Assembly: GCA_040768485.1 (NCBI GenBank)
Contig: JAXGMU010000004.1
Location: 17,879 to 81,878 of the forward strand
Direction of reading: 5' to 3'
DNA length: 64,000 bases
Origin: Bacteroidales bacterium
GTDB lineage: Bacteria; Bacteroidota; Bacteroidia; Bacteroidales; GCA-2748055
In this document: piece by piece, positions 18,531-28,518 of the stretch
Layout: the number at the start of each line of letters is the position of its first letter
Position numbering within the stretch: position 1 is the first letter of the stretch
Position numbers and translations under genes: made by a program
The notes under the pieces: generated by a model
Told to the model about the DNA's origin: nothing
The model's database searches: none
The model's input: only the letters and a program-made list of their open reading frames with translations

Positions 18531-19463
18531 TCAGATCTTTCTGTAAAAGACACCCCGTTCCTGGCGGATTGGACGGATAAGCGATTCGGCCTCCAGCACG
18601 TCCAGGTACTTGTTCACCTCGTTCATGTGAAAACCCAGGATGGAGGACAGATCCTCGGCCGTGCACGGTCTGCGGGCGATGGTCTCAAGGATGGCTGTTT
18701 CGGTATCCTGTCGGTATGCCCTGATGTCCTTCCGCTGCAATGGATTTGAAATGATTTCTACCTGGTCCATGCCCCAGTAATCCACGATCTGCAGCAGGGT
18801 GTTCCGGCTGGCCGGCTGCAGGTCCGCCACCGTGCCCGGTCTGTCCAGGGTATTCAGCTGGATGCGGTCGGCCCGGATCCTGTTAAAAGCTTCTTTAAGG
18901 GCATCCAGTTCTACCCGGTGGTCGTTGTATCCCGGGATGATGAACACCTCCAGCCAGATCTCTCCTTTGAATACCTCCCTGAACGATACAAGTCCGTTGA
19001 TGTAATCGTGCAGATCCAGCCCGGATGCAGGACGGTTGATTTGCCGGAAGGTCTCCATGGTGGCTGCGTCAAGCGAAGGCAGGACCACATCGGCTTCCAG
19101 CAGCTCGTTACGGACGGATTCCAGGTGCAGCAGGGTGCCGTTGGTGAGCACGGCCACCGGGGTGTCCGGTTTATGTTCCCTGATAAAATGCAGCACGTCA
19201 CCGATCCGGGAGTTGAGGGTGGGTTCTCCGGAACCTGAAAAAGTGATGTAATCGGGATCGGGATTGTTTAAAAAATAGTGTTCCAGTTCCCCGGTGACCT
19301 TTTTGTAGGGGATATATTCCTTCCTGTCCACGGTGAGCCTTGTTGTGGGTCCGCATTCGCAGTAGACGCAGTCCAGCGAGCACACCTTGTGTGGCACCAG
19401 GTCCACTCCCAGTGACATGCCCAGCCTCCTGGAGGGTACCGGTCCGAATAAATATTTATACAT
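18531..19463 (-). CDS. Radical SAM protein with a C-terminal winged-helix-like domain
   Basis: FGPVPSRRLGMSLGVDLVPHKVCSLDCVYCECG contains the CxxxCxxC cluster motif, followed by GSGEPTL. The C-terminus AEDLSSILGFHMNEVNKYLDVLEAESLI looks like a wHTH. Confidence 0.85.
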   Translation of the reverse strand: MYKYLFGPVPSRRLGMSLGVDLVPHKVCSLDCVYCECGPTTRLTVDRKEYIPYKKVTGELEHYFLNNPDPDYITFSGSGEPTLNSRIGDVLHFIREHKPDTPVAVLTNGTLLHLESVRNELLEADVVLPSLDAATMETFRQINRPASGLDLHDYINGLVSFREVFKGEIWLEVFIIPGYNDHRVELDALKEAFNRIRADRIQLNTLDRPGTVADLQPASRNTLLQIVDYWGMDQVEIISNPLQRKDIRAYRQDTETAILETIARRPCTAEDLSSILGFHMNEVNKYLDVLEAESLIRPIRQERGVFYRKI

Positions 19464-19489
19464 GGCACAAAATTCTGCTTTTTTGCAAT

Positions 19490-20335
19490 TTATGTGTTGA
19501 TCCCTTTCAGAACGATGTCATCCACCTGAACCTCAAGATCGGCTGCGATCACTTTGCATTTGGCCTTGAGCAGGAAGAACACGGGCCGGCGGACCTCGGA
19601 CAGCGCTTCATAGTTACCCTGTCCCTTGCTGATGATCAGATCGGAATGCTCAAATTTTTCCATGAACTGCCCGTTGCAGAATCGCTGGATGGCACCCGGT
19701 GCTGGCGATCCGGAAGAGATGATTTCTGCCGCTTCACCGATACCCGAAGCAATTGCATCTTCCATGGTGACATCGTTGATAACGGGAATGTCGCGTACGG
19801 CATAGGTCACTGGTTTCCCAAGTTCCTCGATCAGGATCCGGTCGAAGACCGATTCACCTGCATTGTCGCCGATATAAAGAACAGATTCGGTGTTTTCCAG
19901 GTGTTCCCTGAAAGCATCGTAGTGAAAGATGGCGAAATCCTGATCCAGGATATTCCGGATCTCATCCGCAAGTACGAACTGCCGCCTGACCCCCAGGTCG
20001 ATCACATTTCCTGCGATGGCCAGGCGGATGGCCGTCAGGAGCCTGTCGTCCGACTCATCGACCAACTTTTTCAGTTCGGGATACAATGCCAGTGCTTCCC
20101 GGATACTTACCTGCTTCACCGAACGGTACGGATCCTCCACCCCGGTGATTTCCCTCACTTTCCGGTAGATGATCTCCCCTGTTTCCGGCGGGGTGTGTTC
20201 CATGGGGATATCCCTGATCATGCAGCCCACCTCATCCAGGAGCGCCTTGATCTTTTTTTCATCATCCGTGGCCATCGTGCCCGCCCGCAGGGCCTGGTCG
20301 AGAAAACAGGGATAACAGTCCAGGAAAGTCTTCAT
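19490..20335 (-). CDS. DUF89 / ARMT1-like damage-control phosphatase family protein
   Basis: DUF89 motifs GDNAGESVFD and SKGQGNYEAL. The start is trimmed to MKTFLDCYPCF (cat at 20333-20335) to remove an overlap with the UDG gene. Confidence 0.75.
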   Translation of the reverse strand: MKTFLDCYPCFLDQALRAGTMATDDEKKIKALLDEVGCMIRDIPMEHTPPETGEIIYRKVREITGVEDPYRSVKQVSIREALALYPELKKLVDESDDRLLTAIRLAIAGNVIDLGVRRQFVLADEIRNILDQDFAIFHYDAFREHLENTESVLYIGDNAGESVFDRILIEELGKPVTYAVRDIPVINDVTMEDAIASGIGEAAEIISSGSPAPGAIQRFCNGQFMEKFEHSDLIISKGQGNYEALSEVRRPVFFLLKAKCKVIAADLEVQVDDIVLKGINT

Positions 20336-20345
20336 ATTGGTCGGA

Positions 20346-20951
20346 TCATACGTGGGGAGAATAGTGGTCGGGATTAACGATCTCCCTGTATTTGAAAACG
20401 ATTTTTTTAAAGTCTTCCCAGGTATCACGTTTCAGTGCAGGATTCCTGAGGAGTGCTGAAGGATGGTAAACCGGCATGGCCACACGTCTCTCGCACTGGA
20501 TCCATGTACCCCGCAATTGGGTGATCTTCTTGTCCTGGCCGAAGAGGCTCTTAAGGGCAGTTGCGCCCAGCAGGATCAGGATGTCCGGATTGACCATGGC
20601 GATCTGCCTGACCAGGTAGGGCATGCAGGTTTCTCTTTCCTCCCGTGAAGGTTCCCTGTTCCCCGGGGGCCTGCATTTGACGATGTTGCTGATGAATACG
20701 TGGTCTTTCCGGGTGAAGCCGCATGCAGCCAGGATCTTATCCAGCAACTGGCCGGACCTGCCCACAAAGGGTCGGCCGATCCGGTCCTCGTCCGCCCCCG
20801 GGGCCTCACCGATGATAAAAACCGGGGCCTGGATGTTTCCCTCCCCGAAGATCACATGTTTCCTTGTCCTGGCAAGGCCGCATTTCCGGCAACCCAGCAC
20901 TTCTTCTTTCAATTGCTGAAAGGGTGAGCTATCCCGATGATAAGTGCTCAT
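20346..20951 (-). CDS. Uracil-DNA glycosylase, family 4
   Basis: GEAPGADEDRIGRPFVGRSGQLL, plus CRKCGL and a downstream Cys typical of Fe-S family-4 UDGs, and the HPSALLRNP motif. The start is trimmed to MSTYHRD (20951). Confidence 0.85.
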   Translation of the reverse strand: MSTYHRDSSPFQQLKEEVLGCRKCGLARTRKHVIFGEGNIQAPVFIIGEAPGADEDRIGRPFVGRSGQLLDKILAACGFTRKDHVFISNIVKCRPPGNREPSREERETCMPYLVRQIAMVNPDILILLGATALKSLFGQDKKITQLRGTWIQCERRVAMPVYHPSALLRNPALKRDTWEDFKKIVFKYREIVNPDHYSPHV

Positions 20952-21009
20952 ATTGATTGGTGAGATAAGTAATATCTTCTCTTCTGTCACGAAAATACAA
21001 ATTAAAAAT

Positions 21010-22335
21010 TTAGCCCTGACGGACGGGAGCATAGACGGCGGTGCGGGACATGAGGGTCATGGTGAGGCTCCGGGAAAGCATGAACAGGATAAATGCGAAC
21101 CAGAGACCGTGGTTCCCCCACAGCCGACCAAGGATCAGGTATGCGGGGAAGAACACCAGAAGGGTTGAAATGAGCATGGCGTTACGCATCTCCCTGCCGG
21201 CGGTGGCGCCGATGAAGATCCCGTCCCAGAGGAATGCGGCAAAGGAGACCACGGGAATGATGATCACCCAGAAAAAGAAAGGTCGGGCATTGGAGATTAC
21301 CTCCGGATTGTTGGTGAGGAGCCTGAAAATGAAATTGCCTCCCCCGAGGTAAAGGATTGTAAAGAACACCGCAATCCCGGTCCCCCACATAAAAAGCAGG
21401 CGGACGGACCTGGTCAGCGCCGGTTTGTTGCCAGCCCCGATGAACCTGCCTGTAAGCGCCTCCGCGGCATGTGCAAAACCATCGATCAGGAATGAGAAGA
21501 ACATGAAGAACTGCATCAGCAGGGAATTGACTGCCAGAATGGTCTCCTCCCCTTCGGTTGTAACATCGGAACTGGCCGAACGGGCAGTGAAAAAGGAAAA
21601 GACGATCACCAGGCACATGGTGCGGATGAAGATATCCTTGTTCACCAAAAGAAATCCCCTGAGCCTGTCCCACCGGATGGTCGCTTTTAGCGACCAGTGT
21701 TTCATCAGTTTGCTGAAATATTTCCTGAAAAAGAAAACGGCGACCAGCAAACCGGCGTACTGGGCGATGACCGTTCCCAGGGCCACTCCGTCCGATTCCA
21801 TGCCCAGGACCATCACGAATATGAAACTGCAGATGATGTTGAGAACATTGGCGGTGATCAGAACTGTCATGGGAAGCCTGGCATTCTGCATCCCCAGGAA
21901 AAAACCAAGCAGGGCAAACTGTCCCAGGACCGCCGGGGCGGCCCAGATCCTGATCCTGAAATAGGTCATGGCCAGCTGTTCCACTTCCGTTTCCCCCCTC
22001 AGCACCATAAAGCTCAGAAGTTCAATGGGTTTTTGAAGCACGAGCAGGAGCACACTGATCACCAGGGCGATGAACATGGCCCTGGAAAGGACCATGACGG
22101 TTTCCGGAATATCACGCCTTCCCCTGGCCTGGGCCGTGAAACCACTGGTTCCCATGCGAAGAAATCCGAGACTCCAGTAAATAAAATTGAATATCAGCGA
22201 TCCCAGCGCAATGGCCCCTATGTAAACATCCGATTCGAGGTGTCCCATCAGGGCCATGTCCACGATCCCCAGCAGGGGGACCGAAATGTTGCTGATGATG
22301 TTGGGTACGGCCAAATCCAGGATCTTCCTGTTCAT
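21010..22335 (-). CDS. MATE family efflux transporter
   Basis: About 12 TM segments in 441 aa. The N-terminus ILDLAVPNIISNISVPLLGIVDMALMGHL is typical of the DinF/MATE family. Confidence 0.85.
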   Translation of the reverse strand: MNRKILDLAVPNIISNISVPLLGIVDMALMGHLESDVYIGAIALGSLIFNFIYWSLGFLRMGTSGFTAQARGRRDIPETVMVLSRAMFIALVISVLLLVLQKPIELLSFMVLRGETEVEQLAMTYFRIRIWAAPAVLGQFALLGFFLGMQNARLPMTVLITANVLNIICSFIFVMVLGMESDGVALGTVIAQYAGLLVAVFFFRKYFSKLMKHWSLKATIRWDRLRGFLLVNKDIFIRTMCLVIVFSFFTARSASSDVTTEGEETILAVNSLLMQFFMFFSFLIDGFAHAAEALTGRFIGAGNKPALTRSVRLLFMWGTGIAVFFTILYLGGGNFIFRLLTNNPEVISNARPFFFWVIIIPVVSFAAFLWDGIFIGATAGREMRNAMLISTLLVFFPAYLILGRLWGNHGLWFAFILFMLSRSLTMTLMSRTAVYAPVRQG

Positions 22336-22373
22336 CCGGTTCCTGTTTAACGGAGGGCAATATTACGCATTTA

Positions 22374-22404
22374 TTGAGAATATTTCCCGGGAATGTTATC
22401 TTTG
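22374..22404 (+). promoter_or_regulatory. Candidate Bacteroidota sigma-A promoter (-33 TTG / -7 TAnnTTTG) for the GH30-like gene
   Basis: ATTG at 22373-22376 and TATCTTTG at 22397-22404 are 20 nt apart, about 94 nt upstream of the ATG at 22498. A single 8-mer match is expected by chance at roughly this frequency. Confidence 0.3.
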
Positions 22405-22497
22405 AACCGCAGGTACTGGCGTCTTTTGTAACGGGTGATATCATCCCCGTGAACGTGGCTGAATGACCAGATCCATGTACACCCGGTTCATCCAGAA

Positions 22498-24666
22498 ATG
22501 AAAAACAAAATGAAATACAATCCCATCACCGTGATCGTGTTCATGACCTTTCTATCGGGCTGGAACACGACCCTTGTCTCCCAGGACCAGCAGGAAAGAC
22601 AGGTCGTTGTCGATACGGCATCCGTTTTTCAGACCATGACCGGTTTCGGTGCATCCCTGGCTTTTTATGAGAACTGGCTCACTGCCCATCCGAACAAAGA
22701 TGAAATTTACGAAGTCATTTTCGGGGAACTGAGCCTGGATATCCTGCGGGTCAGGAATGCATATGACTATGATGCCGGTATGGTGGGACGGGTGAAGGAA
22801 TTTGCGATGGGCGCAGAGGAAGCGCTGGGAAAACCCATTCCGATCCTTTCCACTTCCTGGGGACCGCCGGCGTATCTGAAGAGCAACAACGACCGGGCGA
22901 ACGGGGGGACCCTCAGATACACCACCGAGGGTGGAGGAGTTCAGTTTGACTACGGAGGTTTTGCCGACTGGTGGGAGGGGGCCCTGGATGAGTACGAACA
23001 GAACGGGGTCTACCTGCGCTACATGAGCATCCAGAATGAACCCGATTTTACGGCCACATGGGAAAGCTGCCGCCTGAACCCGGCGGAGACCGTCAATGCC
23101 TCGGATACCATCGCCGGGTATAACAGGGCCCTTGATTCGGTATATCACATGGTCATGCAGCGGGACCACCAGCCTGTGTTCCTGGGACCGGAGTGCATCG
23201 GCATCGGGTACAACGCGGTGGAGAATTATGTGAATGCACTGGACCTTTCGAAATTGCACGGCATTGCCCACCACCTGTACCACGGTGCCAGCGAGGATGA
23301 TCCTTACGCTTCGACCAACTATGCCAAGGTGGGAAATTTCCATCCCGAAGTGCCCCATTTCCAGACGGAGTATTCCAGGACGGACTGGTTCAACGTGGCG
23401 GGGATGATGTACCAGTCGCTTCATGCAGAGCGGGTGGCGGCCTTCCTTTACTGGGACCTGATCTGGGTGAACGGTGGAGGACTGGTGAGCCTGGATAATC
23501 CGTGGAATTCTTCACAGTGGACCAACCAGAAAGGATACACCCGTACCAAATATTTTTACGTGTTCAAGCAGTTTTCGGCTTTCATCCATCCGGGCTGGCA
23601 GCGGGTGGGGACCACCCTGTCCGGGAACCAGGTAGTGGGGGTGACCTTCATGAGTCCGGACCGGGACTCGGCTGCTTTTGTGGGGATCAACCGCTCGGGA
23701 AGTGAAACGTACCACATGCACCTGTCCGTCCCGGGATTTATCATCGAGGGATCTGCGGTGTACAGAACATCGGCGGCTGAGAACTGCAAGCTGTCGGGCG
23801 CTCTGTCCGACTCGGTCTTCACCTTGCCACCCCTGACCATCGGCACCGTGGCGATGCAGCTGTCGCGGATCAACGGGGAACTTGAGATCAGCCATGCAGG
23901 TCCGGATCAGGATATCTGCGGACAGCTGGAAGCAACGCTGGCGGCAAATGAACCCACCATCGGAAGCGGCACCTGGACACAGGTGGACGGTCCGGGCACG
24001 GTCACTTTCGGGGATACGGCCGTATATAACACGAGCGCCACTGCAAGTGCATACGGCACATATACGTTGCAGTGGGAGATCGTTACAGGGGAATATACTT
24101 CGGACGACCGGGTGGAGATCCGCTTCGCGGAAGCTGCCAATGCAGGGCCCGAGCAGGTGATCCGTGATACGCTGGCGGCATTGCTGGGGGGGAATGAGCC
24201 TACCACGGGGAGCGGCACGTGGACACAGGCCGGCGGTCAGGGTACGATCACCTTCGGGAATGCAGGTGTGCACAACACGACTGCCACGGCGGACGAATAC
24301 GGCACCTATGAGCTGCAGTGGGAGATTGTCAATGGCGCATGTGCCACCAGTGACACGGTCACGATCAGGTTCGAGGATACCACCGGTGCAGGACCAGGGA
24401 AGCAATCCGCTTCATCTGTCACGAATTATCCCAATCCCTTTACCAGCGCCACAACATTACGGTTTTTCCTGATGGAGGAAGGAAATGTCACACTCTGGCT
24501 TTACGACAACATGGGAAGGCGGATCAAAGGGATCCCCCTCGGTAAAAGAGCCCCGGGCTACCACGAATACATCCTTCAGCGGGACGGATTGGAAAGCGGT
24601 TTGTATTTCTTCAGGCTGGAGAGCAATGCCGGAGAAATTGTACCGGGAAAATTGATCCTGCAGTAG
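22498..24666 (+). CDS. GH30-like glycoside hydrolase with two tandem Ig-like domains and a T9SS C-terminal domain
   Basis: MTGFGASLAFYENWL and MSIQNEPD (GH30-type). Two 82-aa tandem domains. C-terminal NYPNPFTSATTLRFFL...YFFRLES... Por sorting domain. Confidence 0.8.
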   Translation: MKNKMKYNPITVIVFMTFLSGWNTTLVSQDQQERQVVVDTASVFQTMTGFGASLAFYENWLTAHPNKDEIYEVIFGELSLDILRVRNAYDYDAGMVGRVKEFAMGAEEALGKPIPILSTSWGPPAYLKSNNDRANGGTLRYTTEGGGVQFDYGGFADWWEGALDEYEQNGVYLRYMSIQNEPDFTATWESCRLNPAETVNASDTIAGYNRALDSVYHMVMQRDHQPVFLGPECIGIGYNAVENYVNALDLSKLHGIAHHLYHGASEDDPYASTNYAKVGNFHPEVPHFQTEYSRTDWFNVAGMMYQSLHAERVAAFLYWDLIWVNGGGLVSLDNPWNSSQWTNQKGYTRTKYFYVFKQFSAFIHPGWQRVGTTLSGNQVVGVTFMSPDRDSAAFVGINRSGSETYHMHLSVPGFIIEGSAVYRTSAAENCKLSGALSDSVFTLPPLTIGTVAMQLSRINGELEISHAGPDQDICGQLEATLAANEPTIGSGTWTQVDGPGTVTFGDTAVYNTSATASAYGTYTLQWEIVTGEYTSDDRVEIRFAEAANAGPEQVIRDTLAALLGGNEPTTGSGTWTQAGGQGTITFGNAGVHNTTATADEYGTYELQWEIVNGACATSDTVTIRFEDTTGAGPGKQSASSVTNYPNPFTSATTLRFFLMEEGNVTLWLYDNMGRRIKGIPLGKRAPGYHEYILQRDGLESGLYFFRLESNAGEIVPGKLILQ
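23899..24390 (+). repeat. Tandem duplication of an 82-aa (246-nt) Ig-like domain inside the GH30-like gene
   Basis: GPDQDICGQLEATLAANEPTIGSGTWTQVDGPGTVTFGD...YGTYTLQWEIVTGEYTSDDRVEIRF aligns with GPEQVIRDTLAALLGGNEPTTGSGTWTQAGGQGTITFGN...YGTYELQWEIVNGACATSDTVTIRF. Confidence 0.85.
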
Positions 24667-24729
24667 TCCCCGGTGATTGAACAATTTTTCCGTCATCCCG
24701 TTTGATCTTATTTACAGATCCTATTTCTG

Positions 24730-26247
24730 ATGACAGGAAAAAAAACCTGGATCCAGCGAGCTCTGAACATCACCGAAAAGGTCGGTAACGCATTGCCGCA
24801 TCCTGCCACCCTGTTTGCACTGTTTGCCTTGTTCACGCTGCTTTTCAGCGGGATTGCCCACTGGGCAGGCTGGTCGGCCATCCATCCCGGAACAGGAGAG
24901 CGGGTCGATGCGGTCAACCTGCTTTCCAGGGAAGGATTTCACAGGATCCTGCTTGAAATGGTGGATAACTTCACGGGTTTTGCCCCGCTGGGGATCGTCC
25001 TGGTGGCCATGCTCGGGATAGGTGTTGCTGAGGGAAGCGGATTGATCGGTGCGGCGATTCGCCTCCTGGTGCTGTCTGCTCCCCGCAGGATCCTCACCTT
25101 TGTCCTGGTGTTCAGCGGGATCATCTCCAACCTGGCCTCGGATGTGGGGTATGTATTGCTGATCCCGCTGGCCGGGATCATATTCAAAGCCGTCGGCCGC
25201 CATCCCATCACCGGGATGGCAGCTGCTTTTGCAGGCGTTTCGGGAGGATTTTCAGCAAACCTTTTGCTGGGGACGGTAGATCCCCTGCTGGCCGGCCTTT
25301 CGGAGGAGGCCGCCCAGATCGTTGACCCGGACTACCTGGTGAATCCCACTGCCAATTACTATTTCATGGTGGCATCGACATTCATCATCGCCTTCGTCGG
25401 AACCCTGATCACGGAGCGGATCGTGGCACCGCGCCTGGGGGATTATTCCGATCATGACGGTTCGGACGAATTGCAGGAGCTATCGTCAAAAGAGAAATCG
25501 GGACTGTTGTGGGCGGGAGTGGCCGTCATGGCGCTGACGGTACTGATCCTGGCGGGACTGATCCCGGAGAATGGCTTTTTACGGGGTGATGATGGTTCGG
25601 TACTTCATTCGCCCGTGATCAGGGGTGTGGTCGCCTGGTTATTCATTTTCGCTTTTGCAGGTGGCGTGGTCTACGGCATCGTGACGGGAAAATTCCGGAA
25701 CGATGGTGATGTGGCGGAGGGGATGGCCGACAGTATGAAAACCCTGGCGGTTTACATGGTCCTGGTCTTCTTCGCGGCCCAGTTTGTGGCCTATTTCAAA
25801 TGGAGCAACCTGGGACTGATCATGGCGATCAAGGGTGCGGGCGTACTGACTGCCCTGAATGTGGGGCTCATCCCCCTGGTCATTCTTTTCATCATTTTTG
25901 CCGCCACGATGAACATGTTCATGGGCAGTGCTTCGGCCAAGTGGGCGCTGCTGGCCCCTATTTTCATCCCCATTTTTATGTTCATGGGCTATTCACCCGA
26001 GCTGGCCCAGGTGGTTTACCGGATCGGGGACAGTGTCACGAATATCGTCTCTCCCATGATGAGCTTCTTTGCCCTGATCATTGCCTTCATCCAGAAATAT
26101 GACAAAAAAGCGGGGATCGGTACGGTGATTGCCACCATGCTTCCATATTCCGTCGGCTTTTTCATTGCCTGGACAATTCTGATCGTGGCCTGGGTATGGA
26201 TCGGGCTGCCGCTGGGACCGGATGCGGGCCTCTATTACCAGCCCTGA
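24730..26247 (+). CDS. AbgT family transporter (p-aminobenzoyl-glutamate transporter family)
   Basis: 505-aa polytopic membrane protein. The N-terminus [20 protein letters not shown] and overall length match the AbgT family as I remember it. Confidence 0.75.
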   Translation: MTGKKTWIQRALNITEKVGNALPHPATLFALFALFTLLFSGIAHWAGWSAIHPGTGERVDAVNLLSREGFHRILLEMVDNFTGFAPLGIVLVAMLGIGVAEGSGLIGAAIRLLVLSAPRRILTFVLVFSGIISNLASDVGYVLLIPLAGIIFKAVGRHPITGMAAAFAGVSGGFSANLLLGTVDPLLAGLSEEAAQIVDPDYLVNPTANYYFMVASTFIIAFVGTLITERIVAPRLGDYSDHDGSDELQELSSKEKSGLLWAGVAVMALTVLILAGLIPENGFLRGDDGSVLHSPVIRGVVAWLFIFAFAGGVVYGIVTGKFRNDGDVAEGMADSMKTLAVYMVLVFFAAQFVAYFKWSNLGLIMAIKGAGVLTALNVGLIPLVILFIIFAATMNMFMGSASAKWALLAPIFIPIFMFMGYSPELAQVVYRIGDSVTNIVSPMMSFFALIIAFIQKYDKKAGIGTVIATMLPYSVGFFIAWTILIVAWVWIGLPLGPDAGLYYQP

Positions 26248-26374
26248 CTACCGGTCCCCGCAATGCCTGTTTCTTAAAATGCGTCCAGGGGTATATCTGT
26301 TTGTCAACCTGCGGACACGTAGAATGGACAAAAAGTATATCTTTAACGGCGAGCATTCTGAAAATTTCAAAAAA

Positions 26375-27412
26375 ATGAAAACAAAGCGTATACCAATCAT
26401 GCTGTTATCGGTCATGATGACCGGGGTGGTCCCCTGTGCGACCGCCCAGGAAGCTTCCGCCGAACCGTTTCTGGGCAGGTGGAGCCTGGACCTGGATTAT
26501 GAAAACGACAACGTGGGCTGGATGGAAGTCCGCATGGAGAATGGTTACCTGGATGCCGACGTGCTGTGGCGGTGGGGAAGTGTGGAACCTGCAGAATTCG
26601 TGTATGCCGGGTGGGACCACCTGTATGTCATCCGCAGCAACCGGGTGATCCGGGAAAGGAATGCGGATGGCGAGCCCGTGAAGGTGCACCGGCAGGTCTT
26701 CTGGTTCGACCTGGAGAAAAGCGGGGAAGACCGGATCTCGGGAACGGCATATTTCCCCAACCGGGACGGGCTCGGAGCCGAGACAGTAGCTTTTACGGGT
26801 AAAAAGATTCTCCCGGTCGGACAGGCGCCTGACCTGAGCCGGGTGGAATACGGAAAGCCGGTTGAACTGTTCAATGGCAAAGACCTGTCAGGCTGGGAGC
26901 TGATGGGTGAGAACAGAGTCAGCGGATGGAAAGTTACCGATGGCGTGCTGGTCAATGACCCGGTGCAGAAGGCGGGACAGCCGCACATCGATTACGGGAA
27001 CCTGCGAACCACCAAAACCTTTGAAGATTTCAACCTGAAACTGGAAGTGAATGTTCCGGAAGGAAGCAACAGCGGAGTCTACCTGCGCGGCATCTACGAG
27101 GTGCAGGTATTCGACAGCTACGGGAAACCGCTGGATCCGCACAACATGGGGGCCCTGTACAGCAGGATCACCCCGAAGGTATCCGCCGAAAAGCCGGCCG
27201 GACAATGGCAGCAACTGGACATTACCCTGTGCAGCAGGCACCTGACCGTGGTTTTGAACGGGACCACCATTATTGACAACGAACCGGTGAAAGGGGTTAC
27301 GGGCGGAGCGATCTCATCGGATGAATTCACACCCGGACCCATTTTCCTTCAGGGTGACCACGGGAACGTCAGCTACCGGAACATCGTCCTCACACCCATT
27401 CTGAAGCCGTAA
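26375..27412 (+). CDS. Secreted DUF1080 (3-keto-disaccharide hydrolase-like) domain protein
   Basis: Start trimmed to MKTKRIPIMLLSVMMTGVVPCATAQ (signal peptide). DUF1080 hallmarks are NSGVYLRGIYEVQVFDS and PIFLQGDHGNVSYRNIVL. Confidence 0.75.
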   Translation: MKTKRIPIMLLSVMMTGVVPCATAQEASAEPFLGRWSLDLDYENDNVGWMEVRMENGYLDADVLWRWGSVEPAEFVYAGWDHLYVIRSNRVIRERNADGEPVKVHRQVFWFDLEKSGEDRISGTAYFPNRDGLGAETVAFTGKKILPVGQAPDLSRVEYGKPVELFNGKDLSGWELMGENRVSGWKVTDGVLVNDPVQKAGQPHIDYGNLRTTKTFEDFNLKLEVNVPEGSNSGVYLRGIYEVQVFDSYGKPLDPHNMGALYSRITPKVSAEKPAGQWQQLDITLCSRHLTVVLNGTTIIDNEPVKGVTGGAISSDEFTPGPIFLQGDHGNVSYRNIVLTPILKP

Positions 27413-27432
27413 CCCGGAATGGACATCAAAAG

Positions 27433-27506
27433 GTCGGTGTGTCTGCAGGGGCCTGAGCTGGTGCGAAGCAGCAGGTTTAGCACCGAAGACACACCGACTT
27501 TTTTTT
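27433..27506. terminator. Bidirectional hairpin terminator between convergent genes
   Basis: Perfect 12-bp stem GTCGGTGTGTCT (27433-27444) / AGACACACCGAC (27487-27498), flanked by AAAAG on the left and TTTTTTTT on the right. The 42-nt loop contains a further GGTGC/GCACC pairing. Confidence 0.65.
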
Positions 27507-28518
27507 AAGAATGGGTTTCTCTGCGGTAGGCCTGCAGGAGACGGTCCATGAAGGCATCATTTTCCCTGTTGATCCGCATCCTCGAAGGATCGGATTCGAA
27601 CCATTCCAGGGTGCGCCGGATCCCCTGCCGGAAAGGAATGACTGCCTGGAAACCGGGAACGAACCGCTTGATCTTCGAGTTGTCAAAGATCACGCTCAGG
27701 GCCTTGTCCCCCAGCAGGCTTCCCCGCATCCCTTCCCTTCCGTTCGCATCGGCAAAATCACTGATGAAAGCCGATGCGACGTGTACTGCATTCAGTCCGG
27801 CTCCGGCCGCACCGGCCACCGCCTCGTAGATCTGGTTCCAGCTCAGCAGTTCATCGGAAGTGATGTGGAAAGCGTGACCGATGGCCTGCCGGTTCCCTAG
27901 CAGGCCGGTAAATCCCCTTGCAAAGTCTTCCGAATGGGTGACCGTCCAGAGGGAGGTTCCGTCCCCGTGGATAACCACCGGTTTTCCCTTCTTCATACGG
28001 TCGATGATCGTGTAATCCTTCCATCCGCCGATGGCCAGGGGAATGACCGTGTCGTAGGTGTGGGAAGGACGGACGATGGTAGCCGGGAATCCGTGATCCC
28101 GGTATGCCCTGTTGAGCATTTCCTCGCAGGCGATCTTCTGCCTGGAATATTCCCAGTAAGGATTGTACAGTGGAGTGGACTCGGTGATCACCGGATGCCC
28201 GCCCACCTTCTGGTAGACCGAGGCCGAACTGATGAAAATATACTGCCCGGTACGACCCGAGAAGAGGCCAATATCCCGTTTGATCTCCCCGGGAACAAAA
28301 GCGATAAAATTGGCCACCACATCGAACCGGTGATCATTCAGGATCTGACGGACCTGTCCGGTATCGTTGATGTCAGCGGTCAGCGTTGTAATTCCCTCCG
28401 GCACAACCGGCTGTGTGTTTCCCCTGTTCAGGTGGAACAGTTCGATCCCCTTTCCGAGGGCATCCCTGGAACAGGCCATGGATATATTTCCCGTTCCGCC
28501 GATGAATAATACCTTCAT
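27505..28518 (-). CDS. NAD-dependent epimerase/dehydratase family (extended SDR) protein
   Basis: N-terminal Rossmann motif MKVLFIGGTGNIS, 337 aa. The ATG overlaps the upstream GH43 stop (ATGA). Confidence 0.8.
   Translation of the reverse strand: MKVLFIGGTGNISMACSRDALGKGIELFHLNRGNTQPVVPEGITTLTADINDTGQVRQILNDHRFDVVANFIAFVPGEIKRDIGLFSGRTGQYIFISSASVYQKVGGHPVITESTPLYNPYWEYSRQKIACEEMLNRAYRDHGFPATIVRPSHTYDTVIPLAIGGWKDYTIIDRMKKGKPVVIHGDGTSLWTVTHSEDFARGFTGLLGNRQAIGHAFHITSDELLSWNQIYEAVAGAAGAGLNAVHVASAFISDFADANGREGMRGSLLGDKALSVIFDNSKIKRFVPGFQAVIPFRQGIRRTLEWFESDPSRMRINRENDAFMDRLLQAYRRETHS

Noticed and set aside
19340-20377. 345-aa plus-strand ORF
   Set aside because: It is antisense to the DUF89 gene and the end of the radical SAM gene. 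The sense-strand products have family motifs (DNAGE, KGQGNYE, CxxxCxxC).
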